Shown here piece by piece: positions 37,160-46,582 of a DNA stretch of 55,439 nt (the stretch's first letter is position 1; every line of letters begins with the position of its first letter). Both the position numbers and the translations under genes were made by a program. The notes under the pieces are model-generated. The model was not told the DNA's origin and did no database searches. It saw nothing but the letters and a program-made list of their open reading frames with translations. This stretch comes from Nanobdellota archaeon (GTDB taxonomy: Archaea > Nanobdellota > Nanobdellia > Woesearchaeales > WJIZ01). Location of the stretch: positions 1 to 55,439 of the forward strand of contig JAGLMD010000059.1 of assembly GCA_023140175.1 (NCBI GenBank), written 5' to 3'.

Positions 37160-37725
37160 AAAAGCCAGCTAAGTTAAATATCGGTTGCGGTAAGAAGAAA
37201 CTTAAAGGATATGTCAATATAGACTTGAATCCTGAGTGTAAACCAGATATCAAGTTTGATGCTTCTAAAATAAAGAATTATTCAATTTTTAAAGATGAAT
37301 CAATTGAGGAAATTAAATCGGAGCATTTTTTGGAGCATACACCAAATGCTGAAGAAATAATGAAGGAATGGCATAGAATACTTAAGAAGGGCGGCTCAGT
37401 TAAAATAAAATTGCCTCATTTTAGCAGGGGATTTACTAATCCGACACATATGCGTGGATTTGATTTGAGCTGGAGATTACATTTCGATAAGAAGAATAAC
37501 TATTCTACATATGCAGGAATAGAATTTGAGGCGATTAAGGTAAGATTAAACTGGGCTGCTTTTCTTGACTATTATCCCTGCGGCAAGATAACTAAGGCTA
37601 TATTGTATATAATGAATATTGTTATAAACTTTTTTGCAAATCTAAACCCAAATTTTTGCAGCAGGATATGGTGTTTTTGGGTAGGGGGATTTGAGGAAGT
37701 AGGGTTCTGGTTTAAAAAGAGATAA
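37156..37725 (+). CDS. Small class I SAM-dependent methyltransferase (Methyltransf_11-like)
   Basis: It contains LNIGCGKKKLKGYVNIDL and SEHFLEHTP, and its start overlaps the GT2 stop. Confidence 0.7.
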   Translation: MKKPAKLNIGCGKKKLKGYVNIDLNPECKPDIKFDASKIKNYSIFKDESIEEIKSEHFLEHTPNAEEIMKEWHRILKKGGSVKIKLPHFSRGFTNPTHMRGFDLSWRLHFDKKNNYSTYAGIEFEAIKVRLNWAAFLDYYPCGKITKAILYIMNIVINFFANLNPNFCSRIWCFWVGGFEEVGFWFKKR

Positions 37726-37775
37726 TATATAGTTCTTTTCTCTATAGCTGGCTTAATTGATTGACTCTAGATAAG

Positions 37776-37862
37776 GTTGACTTAAGCCCTACTTCGCTGA
37801 GCTACGTTTGGGCTATGCTATGTTTACCTAATAAATGATGGCATAGGGGGTCTTAAGTTGAC
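37776..37862 (+). other. Relatively GC-rich intergenic element able to form a long hairpin (possible small RNA or regulatory structure)
   Basis: GTTGACTTAAG (37776-37786) can pair with CTTAAGTTGAC (37852-37862) over 11 bp, two of them G-U. An inner CTATGC/GCATAG stem is also possible. Confidence 0.2.
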
Positions 37863-37893
37863 ATTATACTTATACAACAGAAACATTTAAATT

Positions 37894-39498
37894 ATGCTTT
37901 GCTTTTGTAGTATAAAGAAAGTGAACTATAAATTATTTTTCAAGAATAATAAATATTTGATCTTGATACTAGTCATATCATCTATTTTTTTGTTTACTGG
38001 TCTCGGTGACAGGAACATTGGCTGTGATGAAACATGGATGGTTATAGGAGCAGAAAATACATTAACCAATGGCTATCCTTATATATCTAAGACATTTGGT
38101 TTTTTTTCAGAACCTTTCGAACTTAGTGAGGATTCTTGGTTTACATATTACTTATTAGCTGGTTTTTACTTTGTGTTTGGAATAACTAATTTTGTAAGCA
38201 GACTGCCTTTTGCTCTTTTTGGATTATCCACAATTCTATTCTTTTACTTCTTTACTAACTATTTGACAAAAAATCGTAAGATAGCTTATTTAGCTACATT
38301 TTTGTTGGCTACTTCATATCCTTTCTATTCACATGCTCGCCAGGCACGATACTTTTCAGTTGTAATGTTCCTTACTTTGTTGCTTTGTTATTCTTATCTT
38401 AAGATTCTGGATCGTAAGGGAATTGGGTTTGATATACTTTTCATTGTCTCTAACACAGTTTTCTTCTATACTCATATACAACTATGGTTCTATATTGCAG
38501 CATCATTAATGCTACATTTTTTTATATTTGCTTTTGATAAAAAATATTTTAAAAGATTTGTAATTGACACTTTAGCCTGTTTATTTTTGTTTTCTCCATG
38601 GCTTTACTATTGGACTTTCATGAATTCATGGTTATTTGAAACAAAAGTTCCTACCTCGATATTAGGATTTTTATTTAAGCTTATTTTATCGTTTTACTAT
38701 TATTTTATTGTAGTATTTTCTGTAATATTCCTGCTTCTTCTTTTTCTATATAAAAAGAGCAGGGAACAAATACTTTTTAATAAGAAATATACATTTATTT
38801 TTACTGTTATTTTGGGTCTTTTTGTGTTGATATCTTTGCTTGGTTTTAATCCCTTGCCTGAAGCAAGGATAATTGTGTCAGGGACTCTTCCTTTATCTAT
38901 GATATTGGTTGCTCATATGATATATATCTTAAACCAAAAGTTGAAACTTCTTAGTGTGGTTTTGACAATTCTCTTGATTTTCAGCAATCTTCTTTTAGTC
39001 ATCCCCCTATATCCTTTGAAAATCATAGGGGTAGATGATATGGTGAATTATGATGGGCAATATATTCCTGATTTTTTGGACAGGAGTCTTAATGTAAATT
39101 TCGGGCTCTGGAATATCATATTGGAGATATCTCATGATTATATGTCTATTTATGATTCAATATTCCCTAAGCTGGATAATCTTGGTATTTCAAATGGTGA
39201 ATATACAATAATTACTGATCTGGATTTCAACCAACTGAATTACCAGTCTTCTAAAATGGGATTGAGGTTGGTGTTTCAGCAATTTGATTCAAAATCAGAT
39301 AGACTTAATTATTCTATTTACCTGATTAATTATGAGGAGAATAAAAAGCTGCTGCTTGATAATCTTGATGATGATTTTGATCTGGAATATATTGAAGATT
39401 ATGAGGATACAATATGGCAGGATTCTCCGAATCCGATATATCGCAGATATGGGCGCATTAAAGACCGGAATATGGTGCTTGCTTATAAAATTTCATGA
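37894..39498 (+). CDS. Polytopic membrane protein, GT-C-like (GT39/ArnT-like) putative glycosyltransferase
   Basis: It has about 11 TM segments, an acidic first-loop motif (GCDETW) and a soluble C-terminal domain. Confidence 0.5.
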   Translation: MLCFCSIKKVNYKLFFKNNKYLILILVISSIFLFTGLGDRNIGCDETWMVIGAENTLTNGYPYISKTFGFFSEPFELSEDSWFTYYLLAGFYFVFGITNFVSRLPFALFGLSTILFFYFFTNYLTKNRKIAYLATFLLATSYPFYSHARQARYFSVVMFLTLLLCYSYLKILDRKGIGFDILFIVSNTVFFYTHIQLWFYIAASLMLHFFIFAFDKKYFKRFVIDTLACLFLFSPWLYYWTFMNSWLFETKVPTSILGFLFKLILSFYYYFIVVFSVIFLLLLFLYKKSREQILFNKKYTFIFTVILGLFVLISLLGFNPLPEARIIVSGTLPLSMILVAHMIYILNQKLKLLSVVLTILLIFSNLLLVIPLYPLKIIGVDDMVNYDGQYIPDFLDRSLNVNFGLWNIILEISHDYMSIYDSIFPKLDNLGISNGEYTIITDLDFNQLNYQSSKMGLRLVFQQFDSKSDRLNYSIYLINYEENKKLLLDNLDDDFDLEYIEDYEDTIWQDSPNPIYRRYGRIKDRNMVLAYKIS

Positions 39499-39501
39499 TA
39501 A

Positions 39502-41013
39502 ATGAAAACCAAAATTAAGAATAGGGAAGGATTTGAAAGAATAACCATATGCACTTTTGTAGTAATAGCCATAGCTGTTTTGCTGCGGTTTTTATTAGCC
39601 TTTATTACTATGCCGGCAGGTGATGGCTGCTGGCATCTTAATGTGGCAAGATTTATTGCAAATAATGCAAAATTTCCCCTATTTGAGACATTAGGAAGAG
39701 AAGTTTTTGCAAGGCCGCCCCTATACCATATAATAGCTTCAGCTTTCTATATGATTTTTGAGAGTTTTGGGGCTGGTGGGATGGCTTTTAGGATAGTAAA
39801 TCCATTGTTTGGCTCTTTGACTGTCTTGTTTACATATTTTCTTTTAAATGAATTTTTTGATAATAAAAAAATGATATTCTGGAGTGTTTTTTTTGTGAGT
39901 TTTTTGCCTTTACACTTATATTTCAGTTCGATACCACATATTGATATCTTGGTTTCTTTTCTTACTATACTGACTATCTTTTTTCTTATAAAGAAAATGT
40001 ATTTTTTAACTGGGGTGTCTTTTGGACTGGCTATGCTTAGCAAGTATAGCGGGCCTTTCATATTCTTTATTATTTGTTTTTATCTATATCAAAATTTTAA
40101 ATCTAAGCAGTTTATGAAAAAAATAGCCATTATATCTATACCTGCTTTTTTGATTGCTTTTCCTTGGTATATCAGAAATTGGATTTTGCTTGGAAATCCT
40201 GTCTGGCCAATGTTAGGATTTATTTTCGGGGGATATAGAGAGAGTATGTTTAGTTCATTTGGTTTTTCTATTGTGCCATTATTTAATGTAAATTGGCTCA
40301 TATCTCTTTATTTAGGCCTTTTTGGTGTGCCGCAGGGCAATATATCTGCTTTGAATTTAATTCCTATGAGGAGCTTATTTCTTCCAATATGGGTATTATC
40401 TACTCTAATATTCATTTTTCCTCTAATTCTATTTTTTGCGGTTAGGAAAAAACCACAGAAATTGAAATTGTTTTATTTATGGGTAATCACCTTTATTTTT
40501 GTGTCTCTGTCTTTTTTACTGTTGTCTAGACTTTATCCAAGGATATTACTGCCTGCTGTGCCGGCAATCGGCTTACTATGGGCAATCGGATTAAGTAAGA
40601 TACCCACTAAATATTCCAAATATGCCAATATTATCTTAATTATTATTGCTATTGGGTTTGCTGGATCTGAATTTTTCAAGACTAATTATGCTTCTAACCA
40701 ATGGAAATATTATGATGAAGATTTTATGTGGGTCAGGGCTAATACAGAGAAAGATGCTATCTTCTTTGCAAATGGACAGTGTTTTTCTTATTATTTAGAA
40801 AGACAGGTTATCTCATCATATTTTTTTGATGAAGGCAGTTTGATAGATATTGCACTTTTGAGATTTAAGAATGTTGATTATATTTGGCTGAATCAGAATT
40901 TTGGGCCTGATCCCCATGCTAGATTAAATGAAGACATACTAGGAAAATTAGATCTTAACGAACCAATATACTATAATGAGGTTACGGGAACAGAAATATA
41001 TAGAGTAGAATAA
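39502..41013 (+). CDS. Polytopic membrane protein, GT39/ArnT-like GT-C glycosyltransferase
   Basis: It has the N-terminal LLRFLLAFITMPAGDGCWHLNVARFI loop, about 11 TM segments and a soluble C-terminal domain. Confidence 0.6.
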   Translation: MKTKIKNREGFERITICTFVVIAIAVLLRFLLAFITMPAGDGCWHLNVARFIANNAKFPLFETLGREVFARPPLYHIIASAFYMIFESFGAGGMAFRIVNPLFGSLTVLFTYFLLNEFFDNKKMIFWSVFFVSFLPLHLYFSSIPHIDILVSFLTILTIFFLIKKMYFLTGVSFGLAMLSKYSGPFIFFIICFYLYQNFKSKQFMKKIAIISIPAFLIAFPWYIRNWILLGNPVWPMLGFIFGGYRESMFSSFGFSIVPLFNVNWLISLYLGLFGVPQGNISALNLIPMRSLFLPIWVLSTLIFIFPLILFFAVRKKPQKLKLFYLWVITFIFVSLSFLLLSRLYPRILLPAVPAIGLLWAIGLSKIPTKYSKYANIILIIIAIGFAGSEFFKTNYASNQWKYYDEDFMWVRANTEKDAIFFANGQCFSYYLERQVISSYFFDEGSLIDIALLRFKNVDYIWLNQNFGPDPHARLNEDILGKLDLNEPIYYNEVTGTEIYRVE

Positions 41014-41045
41014 TGAATATATTTAAGAATTTATTTTTTATGTCT

Positions 41046-42164
41046 TTATTTCAGCAAACCTTTTTCTTTCAGTTCATTGGCGGCTTTTTCAACCATATCA
41101 TTAGATTCTGCTGTTGCAGCCCACTCTATCAATTCTTTCATTCCTTCTTCAAAGTTTACTTTTGGTTCAAAGCCGAGCTTATTTCTTATTTTAGTGATGT
41201 CTGAAAAACAATGTCTTACATCTCCTTTTCTGAATTTGCCCACTACTTGTGGTTTTATATCCTTTTCATATAATTTGGCCAGTATCTCCGCGACTTCTTT
41301 TATAGTCACATGTTTTCCTGCGCCAACATTAAAGACATCATAATCTGCAGACTTATTTTTCATTGCCAGAATATTCGCTTCGATGATATCATGTACTGAT
41401 ATAAAATCTCTTGATTGTGAGCCGTCTTCAAAGACCTGGGGTGGATGATTGTTTTTTATCATACTCATAAATATTGCTGCTACACCAGTATATGGGTTTG
41501 AAAGTGATTGTCTTGGACCATAGACATTGAAATATCTTAATGCTGTACTGGGGATTCCGTAAGCTTTTCCAATGTTCAATACCATATCTTCCTGGTCTTT
41601 TTTTGTTAGGGCGTAAATGCTGTTGATTTCCTGTTTCTTGGTTTCATCTGTTGGGATTGGCTTCAGAATCTTGTTGCAGCCAGGGCAGTGGACTTCCCAA
41701 TCATTATTTTCCATCTGCTCATCAGGCCTTAATTGCGGGGAAACTTTTCCACAGGATTCGCATTCATAAGCGCCTTCTCCATATGTGCTCATAGAACTTG
41801 CTACAATCACTTTTTTAACATCATTTTCTTTATTAATAAGAGCATCCATCAGATTAGCTGTACCTAATGTGTTTGCATTGACATATCTTGTTATTTGGTA
41901 CATGCTCTGGCCCACACCAACTAAAGCTGCATCATGAAATATTATATCAATATCTGATATTGATTTTTCAACTTCTTCGTAGTTGATCATATCTCCAGTG
42001 ATAAATTTTGCCTGCTTGTTCAGGTAATCAGGAATCTTTCCTTGGTGAACCTGTGGTTCCAGGCTGTCAAATATAGTTACATCATGGCCTAGCTGAACTA
42101 GTTTATCTACAAGAAAGGATCCTATGAAGCCTGCACCACCCGTTACTAAAATACGATAACTCAT
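41046..42164 (-). CDS. Extended-SDR NAD-dependent sugar epimerase/dehydratase with a Cys4 insertion
   Basis: It has [15 protein letters not shown] and the catalytic YALTK. The insertion reads YECESCGKV...VHCPGCNKI. Confidence 0.85.
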   Translation of the reverse strand: MSYRILVTGGAGFIGSFLVDKLVQLGHDVTIFDSLEPQVHQGKIPDYLNKQAKFITGDMINYEEVEKSISDIDIIFHDAALVGVGQSMYQITRYVNANTLGTANLMDALINKENDVKKVIVASSMSTYGEGAYECESCGKVSPQLRPDEQMENNDWEVHCPGCNKILKPIPTDETKKQEINSIYALTKKDQEDMVLNIGKAYGIPSTALRYFNVYGPRQSLSNPYTGVAAIFMSMIKNNHPPQVFEDGSQSRDFISVHDIIEANILAMKNKSADYDVFNVGAGKHVTIKEVAEILAKLYEKDIKPQVVGKFRKGDVRHCFSDITKIRNKLGFEPKVNFEEGMKELIEWAATAESNDMVEKAANELKEKGLLK

Positions 42165-42246
42165 TTTTTGTCCAATATTTTAGATATATAGATTTTATGT
42201 TATTATTTAAATCTTTTGCAAGCTAAACTTTTGAAGCGATGAGAAT

Positions 42247-42324
42247 TCTTTCAGCATCTTTTGAATAATCTTTAATAAATCCAATGTTTTTTAAAGAAAA
42301 AGAATTTATCTTAATGCTGAAAGA
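42247..42324. repeat. Perfect 11-bp inverted repeat with a 56-nt spacer in a divergent intergenic region
   Basis: TCTTTCAGCAT (42247-42257) is the reverse complement of ATGCTGAAAGA (42314-42324). Confidence 0.3.
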
Positions 42325-42405
42325 TAAAGAAAAGAGTGTTGGTAAACAGGCTTTGGTGGAGCATATTATACCCTAATAACTCTAAAAGATTTTGAGAGGG
42401 AGTAA

Positions 42406-42792
42406 TTGATGCAATTTGACAAAAACGAATATACAAAGATATTTAATGAATATATCAAAGACAACAAAATAGTTAAATCTAATCAGGCCTATAAAATAAA
42501 TTTATTTATTGGGAAATCCAAAAACAGCTTAGTTATAGCTAGAGGCACTCCAAAAAAGATTACTGATTATAAAAAAGAACTAAGCAAATTGATAAAAGAG
42601 AAGAAACTGGAAAATGTAAAGACGGATTTCAGATGGATTCCTAAAAAAGATAAAGTGGATTATTACAAGAACCAGGGTATTGTGATTCTTCCATATACAC
42701 TTGCTTCATATCAATCAGGAATTACCAATAATGCAATAACCCCTGATTTCTGTTGCTATGACAAGAGTAGTGGCTTTATGGAAAATAGTTGA
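42406..42792 (+). CDS. Hypothetical protein
   Basis: The ORF has a GAGGGAG Shine-Dalgarno-like element upstream, and the likely start is the ATG at 42409. I do not recognise a family. Confidence 0.35.
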   Translation: MMQFDKNEYTKIFNEYIKDNKIVKSNQAYKINLFIGKSKNSLVIARGTPKKITDYKKELSKLIKEKKLENVKTDFRWIPKKDKVDYYKNQGIVILPYTLASYQSGITNNAITPDFCCYDKSSGFMENS

Positions 42793-42977
42793 TAAGTTCA
42801 GGCTGAGAAGAGGGGCAAGAGCAGAGAATCCGAAAGCACTTGCATAAGTATAAAGAAAGCCTTTGACAATCGTTCTCCATACAAAAAGGAAAAAAGAATA
42901 CAGGAAAAAAGCGAACCGGGTTGGGATTGCAAAACAGCAACCATGATTGTATAAGAATTCAATATAGGTAAAATAAG

Positions 42978-44132
42978 ATGGTCAAAATAAAGCTGGCAGT
43001 TGTTGGTTTTCCATATAACCATCCAACTGGAATAAGAAATATTAAGGCAATAGTAAAGTTATCTAAATTAAAGAATATTTTTATTGACCTTGTCACAGTA
43101 ACAGAATGGAAAGGATATAAAGTCAGGAACATAAAACAGTTCGAGAACAAAAATCTTAAGATTCACCTTCTTACCCCTAAATTCTTCAGTAGAGTTAGCA
43201 TACAGTTCAGGTATTATATGAAAGGATTATACAAAAAATTAGCGCAGATTAATCCGGATATAATCTATGTGATAAATGAGCCATTAGCTATAAACACATT
43301 CCTTGCCACAATATATTCAAAAAAACTGAAGAAAAAGATAATGTGCTTTGTATGGGACAATGTTTTTATCAGGAAGATACTTCCAATAAGGATTTATGAA
43401 AAGTTCACCCATAAGAATATGGCCAAAATCATTGCCGGCTCAAAAGATGCTATAGATCTTATTGCAAAAAAAGGCTATCCAAGAAAAAATACAGCAATAA
43501 TTCCCTTAACTGGTGTCGACACTTCATTCTTCAAACCTTCTAATACTAATCTATGTAATGAATTAAACATCAAAAAAGAAAAAACTTGTTTATTCATTGG
43601 CAGGCTGGAAGAAGAAAAAGGTATACAGTATATCTTAGATGCAAAAGCTATTTTAGATAAGAAAGGCAAGAAATACATTTTCCTATTTATTGGAGATGGA
43701 AAGATCTACAACATATTAAATGACATAGCAAAGATAGACAAGAATGTAAAAATAAAGAAATGGGTTGAATACAATGACCTTTCAAAAGCATATAACTCAG
43801 GAAAAGTATTCCTCTATCCTTCTGTTCCTCAGAAATTCTGGGAAGAGCAGTTTGGATACTCAATGCTAGAAGCAAAGGCATGCGGAATTCCTGTAATAGC
43901 CTCTGACATGTCAGGCCCCAGAGAGATAATAAAAGACAAGGAAGACGGCTTCATAATCCCAAGTAAGAACGCTAAAGAGTTGGCAGAAAAGGTAGAATAC
44001 CTTATGGAAAACAAGAAAATCTATAATGAGTTCTCAAAAAAATCAATAAAGAATGCCAAAAGATTTGATAATAAGATCATAGCACAAAAGTTATATAAAG
44101 AATTACTAAGTTTGCATGGAAAAAAGAAATGA
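42978..44132 (+). CDS. Glycosyltransferase, GT4 (GT-B fold)
   Basis: It contains EEQFGYSMLEAKACGIPVIASDMSGPREIIKDKEDGFII. Confidence 0.85.
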   Translation: MVKIKLAVVGFPYNHPTGIRNIKAIVKLSKLKNIFIDLVTVTEWKGYKVRNIKQFENKNLKIHLLTPKFFSRVSIQFRYYMKGLYKKLAQINPDIIYVINEPLAINTFLATIYSKKLKKKIMCFVWDNVFIRKILPIRIYEKFTHKNMAKIIAGSKDAIDLIAKKGYPRKNTAIIPLTGVDTSFFKPSNTNLCNELNIKKEKTCLFIGRLEEEKGIQYILDAKAILDKKGKKYIFLFIGDGKIYNILNDIAKIDKNVKIKKWVEYNDLSKAYNSGKVFLYPSVPQKFWEEQFGYSMLEAKACGIPVIASDMSGPREIIKDKEDGFIIPSKNAKELAEKVEYLMENKKIYNEFSKKSIKNAKRFDNKIIAQKLYKELLSLHGKKK

Positions 44133-44956
44133 AAAAAATCAGGCCATCAAAAGAACTAAAAAAAGATATGGATAGGTATTATAACAGCTCAGAGGGTTAC
44201 CTGAACCATCTTAACAGGAAAAGAGGCAATTATTTTGATTATTACACATATTTTCTCTCAAACCACTTAAAAAAAATAAAAAAGGGTTCAACAGTATTAG
44301 AAGTTGGATGTGGAGACGGCTTTACCACATTCATATTATCTAAAAAATTTCCCAAGCTTGAGTTTATTGGCACAGATGTTTCAAAAAAATTCATAGAATA
44401 TGCAAAAAAGAACTTCCAGAATGAAAAGCTTAATTATAAAGTAGAAGACTCATTGAATTTCTTATTAGAAGACAATTCTGTTGATCTAATAACTTCAACA
44501 GATGTAGTTGAGCATGTTCCGGATATTCCCAACTGGCTTGATGAATCAAGAAGAATACTTAAAAAAAATGGACTTCTCATTATAGTTACAGGCAATCATT
44601 TCTCACCAATACAGCCTTTCTTAGATATAATAAGGTTTGAGAAAAGGCCTCCATTAGCACCAACCTATCTAAGCCAGTTTAAGCTATTGTTCTATAATAT
44701 ATATATGAGTTTCAGGAAAATGATAAAGCCATCTTTCATATATGTAAAGCCGGATTTATCAAGAATAAGCGATGATGGAGGTGACTTTGATGCAGTGTAT
44801 ATGGCAAACCAAATGGACATTGTTAGTTATCTAAACAAAAAGGGGATGAAAATACTGAATATGAGCTTCAAAGGCCATGATCTATTCTCTAAATTTACTG
44901 GCTATTGCCTGCCTCACTTTTGCGGGATGGGAATCGTTGCCAAAAAGATATTTTAA
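44129..44956 (+). CDS. Class I SAM-dependent methyltransferase
   Basis: It contains VLEVGCGDGFTT, VDLITSTDVVEHVP and LKKNGLLI, and its start overlaps the GT4 stop. Confidence 0.8.
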   Translation: MKKIRPSKELKKDMDRYYNSSEGYLNHLNRKRGNYFDYYTYFLSNHLKKIKKGSTVLEVGCGDGFTTFILSKKFPKLEFIGTDVSKKFIEYAKKNFQNEKLNYKVEDSLNFLLEDNSVDLITSTDVVEHVPDIPNWLDESRRILKKNGLLIIVTGNHFSPIQPFLDIIRFEKRPPLAPTYLSQFKLLFYNIYMSFRKMIKPSFIYVKPDLSRISDDGGDFDAVYMANQMDIVSYLNKKGMKILNMSFKGHDLFSKFTGYCLPHFCGMGIVAKKIF

Positions 44957-44994
44957 TAAAAAAAATTTTAAAAAAGGACTAATATCTATACTTT

Positions 44995-46431
44995 ATGGAC
45001 ACTGTCAAACTCTCACTGATTAAGCTAAGCGATGACCCGCATGAACCGATTAATCTTCTCACTATTTCTTCCTATCTGAAAAAATACATTCCCGAATTAG
45101 AAATCAGGATAATAGACAGAGCTTATGAGAATGTTCTGGAAGAGTTGGATAAATTCAGCCCGGATATAGTAGGAATATCAGCTATGACAGTAGAATATAG
45201 TTTAGCAATAAAACTGTGTAAAGCTATCAAAGAAAAGAGGCAGATCCTAGTAATAGTAGGCGGCACGCACATATCATTTCTTCCAAACTCTTTTGACAAA
45301 TGTTTTGATTTAGGCATATTGGGGGAAGGAGAGTTGCCTTTCTTAGAATTAATCAGAAAATTCAAGGAAAATCCGGGCACATTTAAAGAAAAAATAAGAG
45401 AGACAGAGGGGATCGTTTTCTATGATGACAAGAAATTGGTTATAAAGCCGCAAAAAGAAGTCCTGCAGGATTTAGATGAGATCCCTATTCCAGATAGGTC
45501 TTTGTTGAATCCAAATAACTTTGATGTAAAGCCAGTCTATACAATAGGAACATATGAAAAAAGGAACTCCATATTGACCTCAAGGGGTTGTCCATACAGG
45601 TGCAAATTCTGTGTCTCTGCAAGGTTCTTCAACAAGCTAAGGCTACATTCTGCAAGACGGGTTGTAGATGAAGTAAAATACCTTTATGAAAAATATGGAA
45701 TAACCCATATTAATATCTGGGATGATCTTTTTTGTGTGAGTGTACCTAGATTAAGAGAGATTGTCAATCTATTGGAAAAAGAGGGCATAAAAGGAAAAAT
45801 CAGTTTTCATGCTACTATAAGGGGCAATCTGGCCAAAGACGAGGTATTTGAATTATATAAAGAAATGGGCGTCAAATCAATAGGCCTTGGTTTTGAATCT
45901 GGCAGCCAAAGGATTCTTGAATATTTGAAAGGCCAGAACATAACAATTGAACAGAACCTCCTGGCTATTGAGAAAGGCATCCGGCAAGGATTTAAGATGA
46001 TGACTTCTTTTATGATTGGTGTCCCTACAGAGAAGATAGAGGACATGAAAAAAACCAGGGATATAATGAAAAAATGCATAAATATGGGAATAAGCAGATT
46101 GTTTATATATATCCTAACACCCTTTCCAGGAAGTGAGTTCTGGGATCTTGCCCTTGAAAAAGGAAAAGTAAGTGAGGATATGGATTTTTCAAAGCTCTCC
46201 TTCCATAACAAAATCCCTCTTCTTATGGATGAAGATGTTCCAATAAAAGAATATTTAAAAGTAAGAAAGCAGATACTTAAAGAAATGAACAGAATTAAGT
46301 ATAACTGCCTAAGGGATTACTTCAAAGATGATCCGGTAAGAACGTTGTCCGGAATAATGAAGAATCCATTCAGTTCTCTGCTTAAGGCAGTAGGATTAAA
46401 GAACGAGAAAGAAGAAGTGGATGAATTATGA
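44995..46431 (+). CDS. B12-binding-domain radical SAM protein (class B-like), copy 2
   Basis: It has an N-terminal B12-binding-like domain (VGISAMTVEY...VIVGGTHISF) and the motif TSRGCPYRCKFCVS. Confidence 0.85.
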   Translation: MDTVKLSLIKLSDDPHEPINLLTISSYLKKYIPELEIRIIDRAYENVLEELDKFSPDIVGISAMTVEYSLAIKLCKAIKEKRQILVIVGGTHISFLPNSFDKCFDLGILGEGELPFLELIRKFKENPGTFKEKIRETEGIVFYDDKKLVIKPQKEVLQDLDEIPIPDRSLLNPNNFDVKPVYTIGTYEKRNSILTSRGCPYRCKFCVSARFFNKLRLHSARRVVDEVKYLYEKYGITHINIWDDLFCVSVPRLREIVNLLEKEGIKGKISFHATIRGNLAKDEVFELYKEMGVKSIGLGFESGSQRILEYLKGQNITIEQNLLAIEKGIRQGFKMMTSFMIGVPTEKIEDMKKTRDIMKKCINMGISRLFIYILTPFPGSEFWDLALEKGKVSEDMDFSKLSFHNKIPLLMDEDVPIKEYLKVRKQILKEMNRIKYNCLRDYFKDDPVRTLSGIMKNPFSSLLKAVGLKNEKEEVDEL

Positions 46432-46565
46432 GAAACCTAAAATGTAAAGTTTATGATAATGAAATTTTAATAAGTGAAATAGTAAAGAAACAAAAAGATT
46501 TTATGAAAAAATTAGAGATCCTAATGCCTAAGAGTTTGGGAGTTTACAAAGGAAAAACATTATAA
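46428..46565 (+). CDS. Candidate 45-aa small ORF translationally coupled to the radical SAM gene
   Basis: Its ATG overlaps the upstream TGA (ATGA). My own translation gives MRNLKCKVYDNEILISEIVKKQKDFMKKLEILMPKSLGVYKGKTL. It is below the size cutoff of the ORF track. Confidence 0.3.
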   Translation: MRNLKCKVYDNEILISEIVKKQKDFMKKLEILMPKSLGVYKGKTL

Positions 46566-46582
46566 ATAAATGGAAAAAGCAT

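Noticed and set aside
37790-37850. I considered a possible C/D-box sRNA, because ATGATG and CTGA elements lie in the 37.8 kb spacer.
   Set aside because: The CTGA lies upstream of the ATGATG box, which is the wrong order for C...D. The C box is imperfect (ATGATGG), and no terminal stem flanks the boxes in the expected way.
34565-41013. I considered whether any of the three GT-C-like proteins could be the N-oligosaccharyltransferase AglB/STT3.
   Set aside because: None of the three sequences contains a WWDxG-type motif. The only WW is WWFNH in 34565..36418.
41013-41343. Plus-strand ORFs 41013..41204 and 41077..41343 lie downstream of the last GT-C gene.
   Set aside because: They lie antisense within the clearly recognisable SDR epimerase/dehydratase gene (41046..42164) and have no recognisable features.
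42270-42380. Short plus-strand ORFs lie in the 42.2-42.4 kb intergenic region (MRILSASFE, and a 30-aa ORF MFFKEKEFILMLKDKEKSVGKQALVEHIIP).
   Set aside because: They are too short, have no recognisable motif and have no Shine-Dalgarno-like element. The region is more simply a divergent promoter containing the 11-bp inverted repeat.
42793-42977. An in-frame open stretch lies directly after the TGA-TAA double stop of 42406..42792 (QAEKRGKSRESESTCISIKK...). The region is also relatively GC-rich, and I considered stop-codon readthrough or recoding.
   Set aside because: Two consecutive stop codons argue against readthrough, there is no start codon, and I do not recognise the sequence. It may be a decayed gene remnant or a 5' UTR of the GT4 gene. 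The minus-strand ORF 42798..43022 overlaps the GT4 start and looks spurious.
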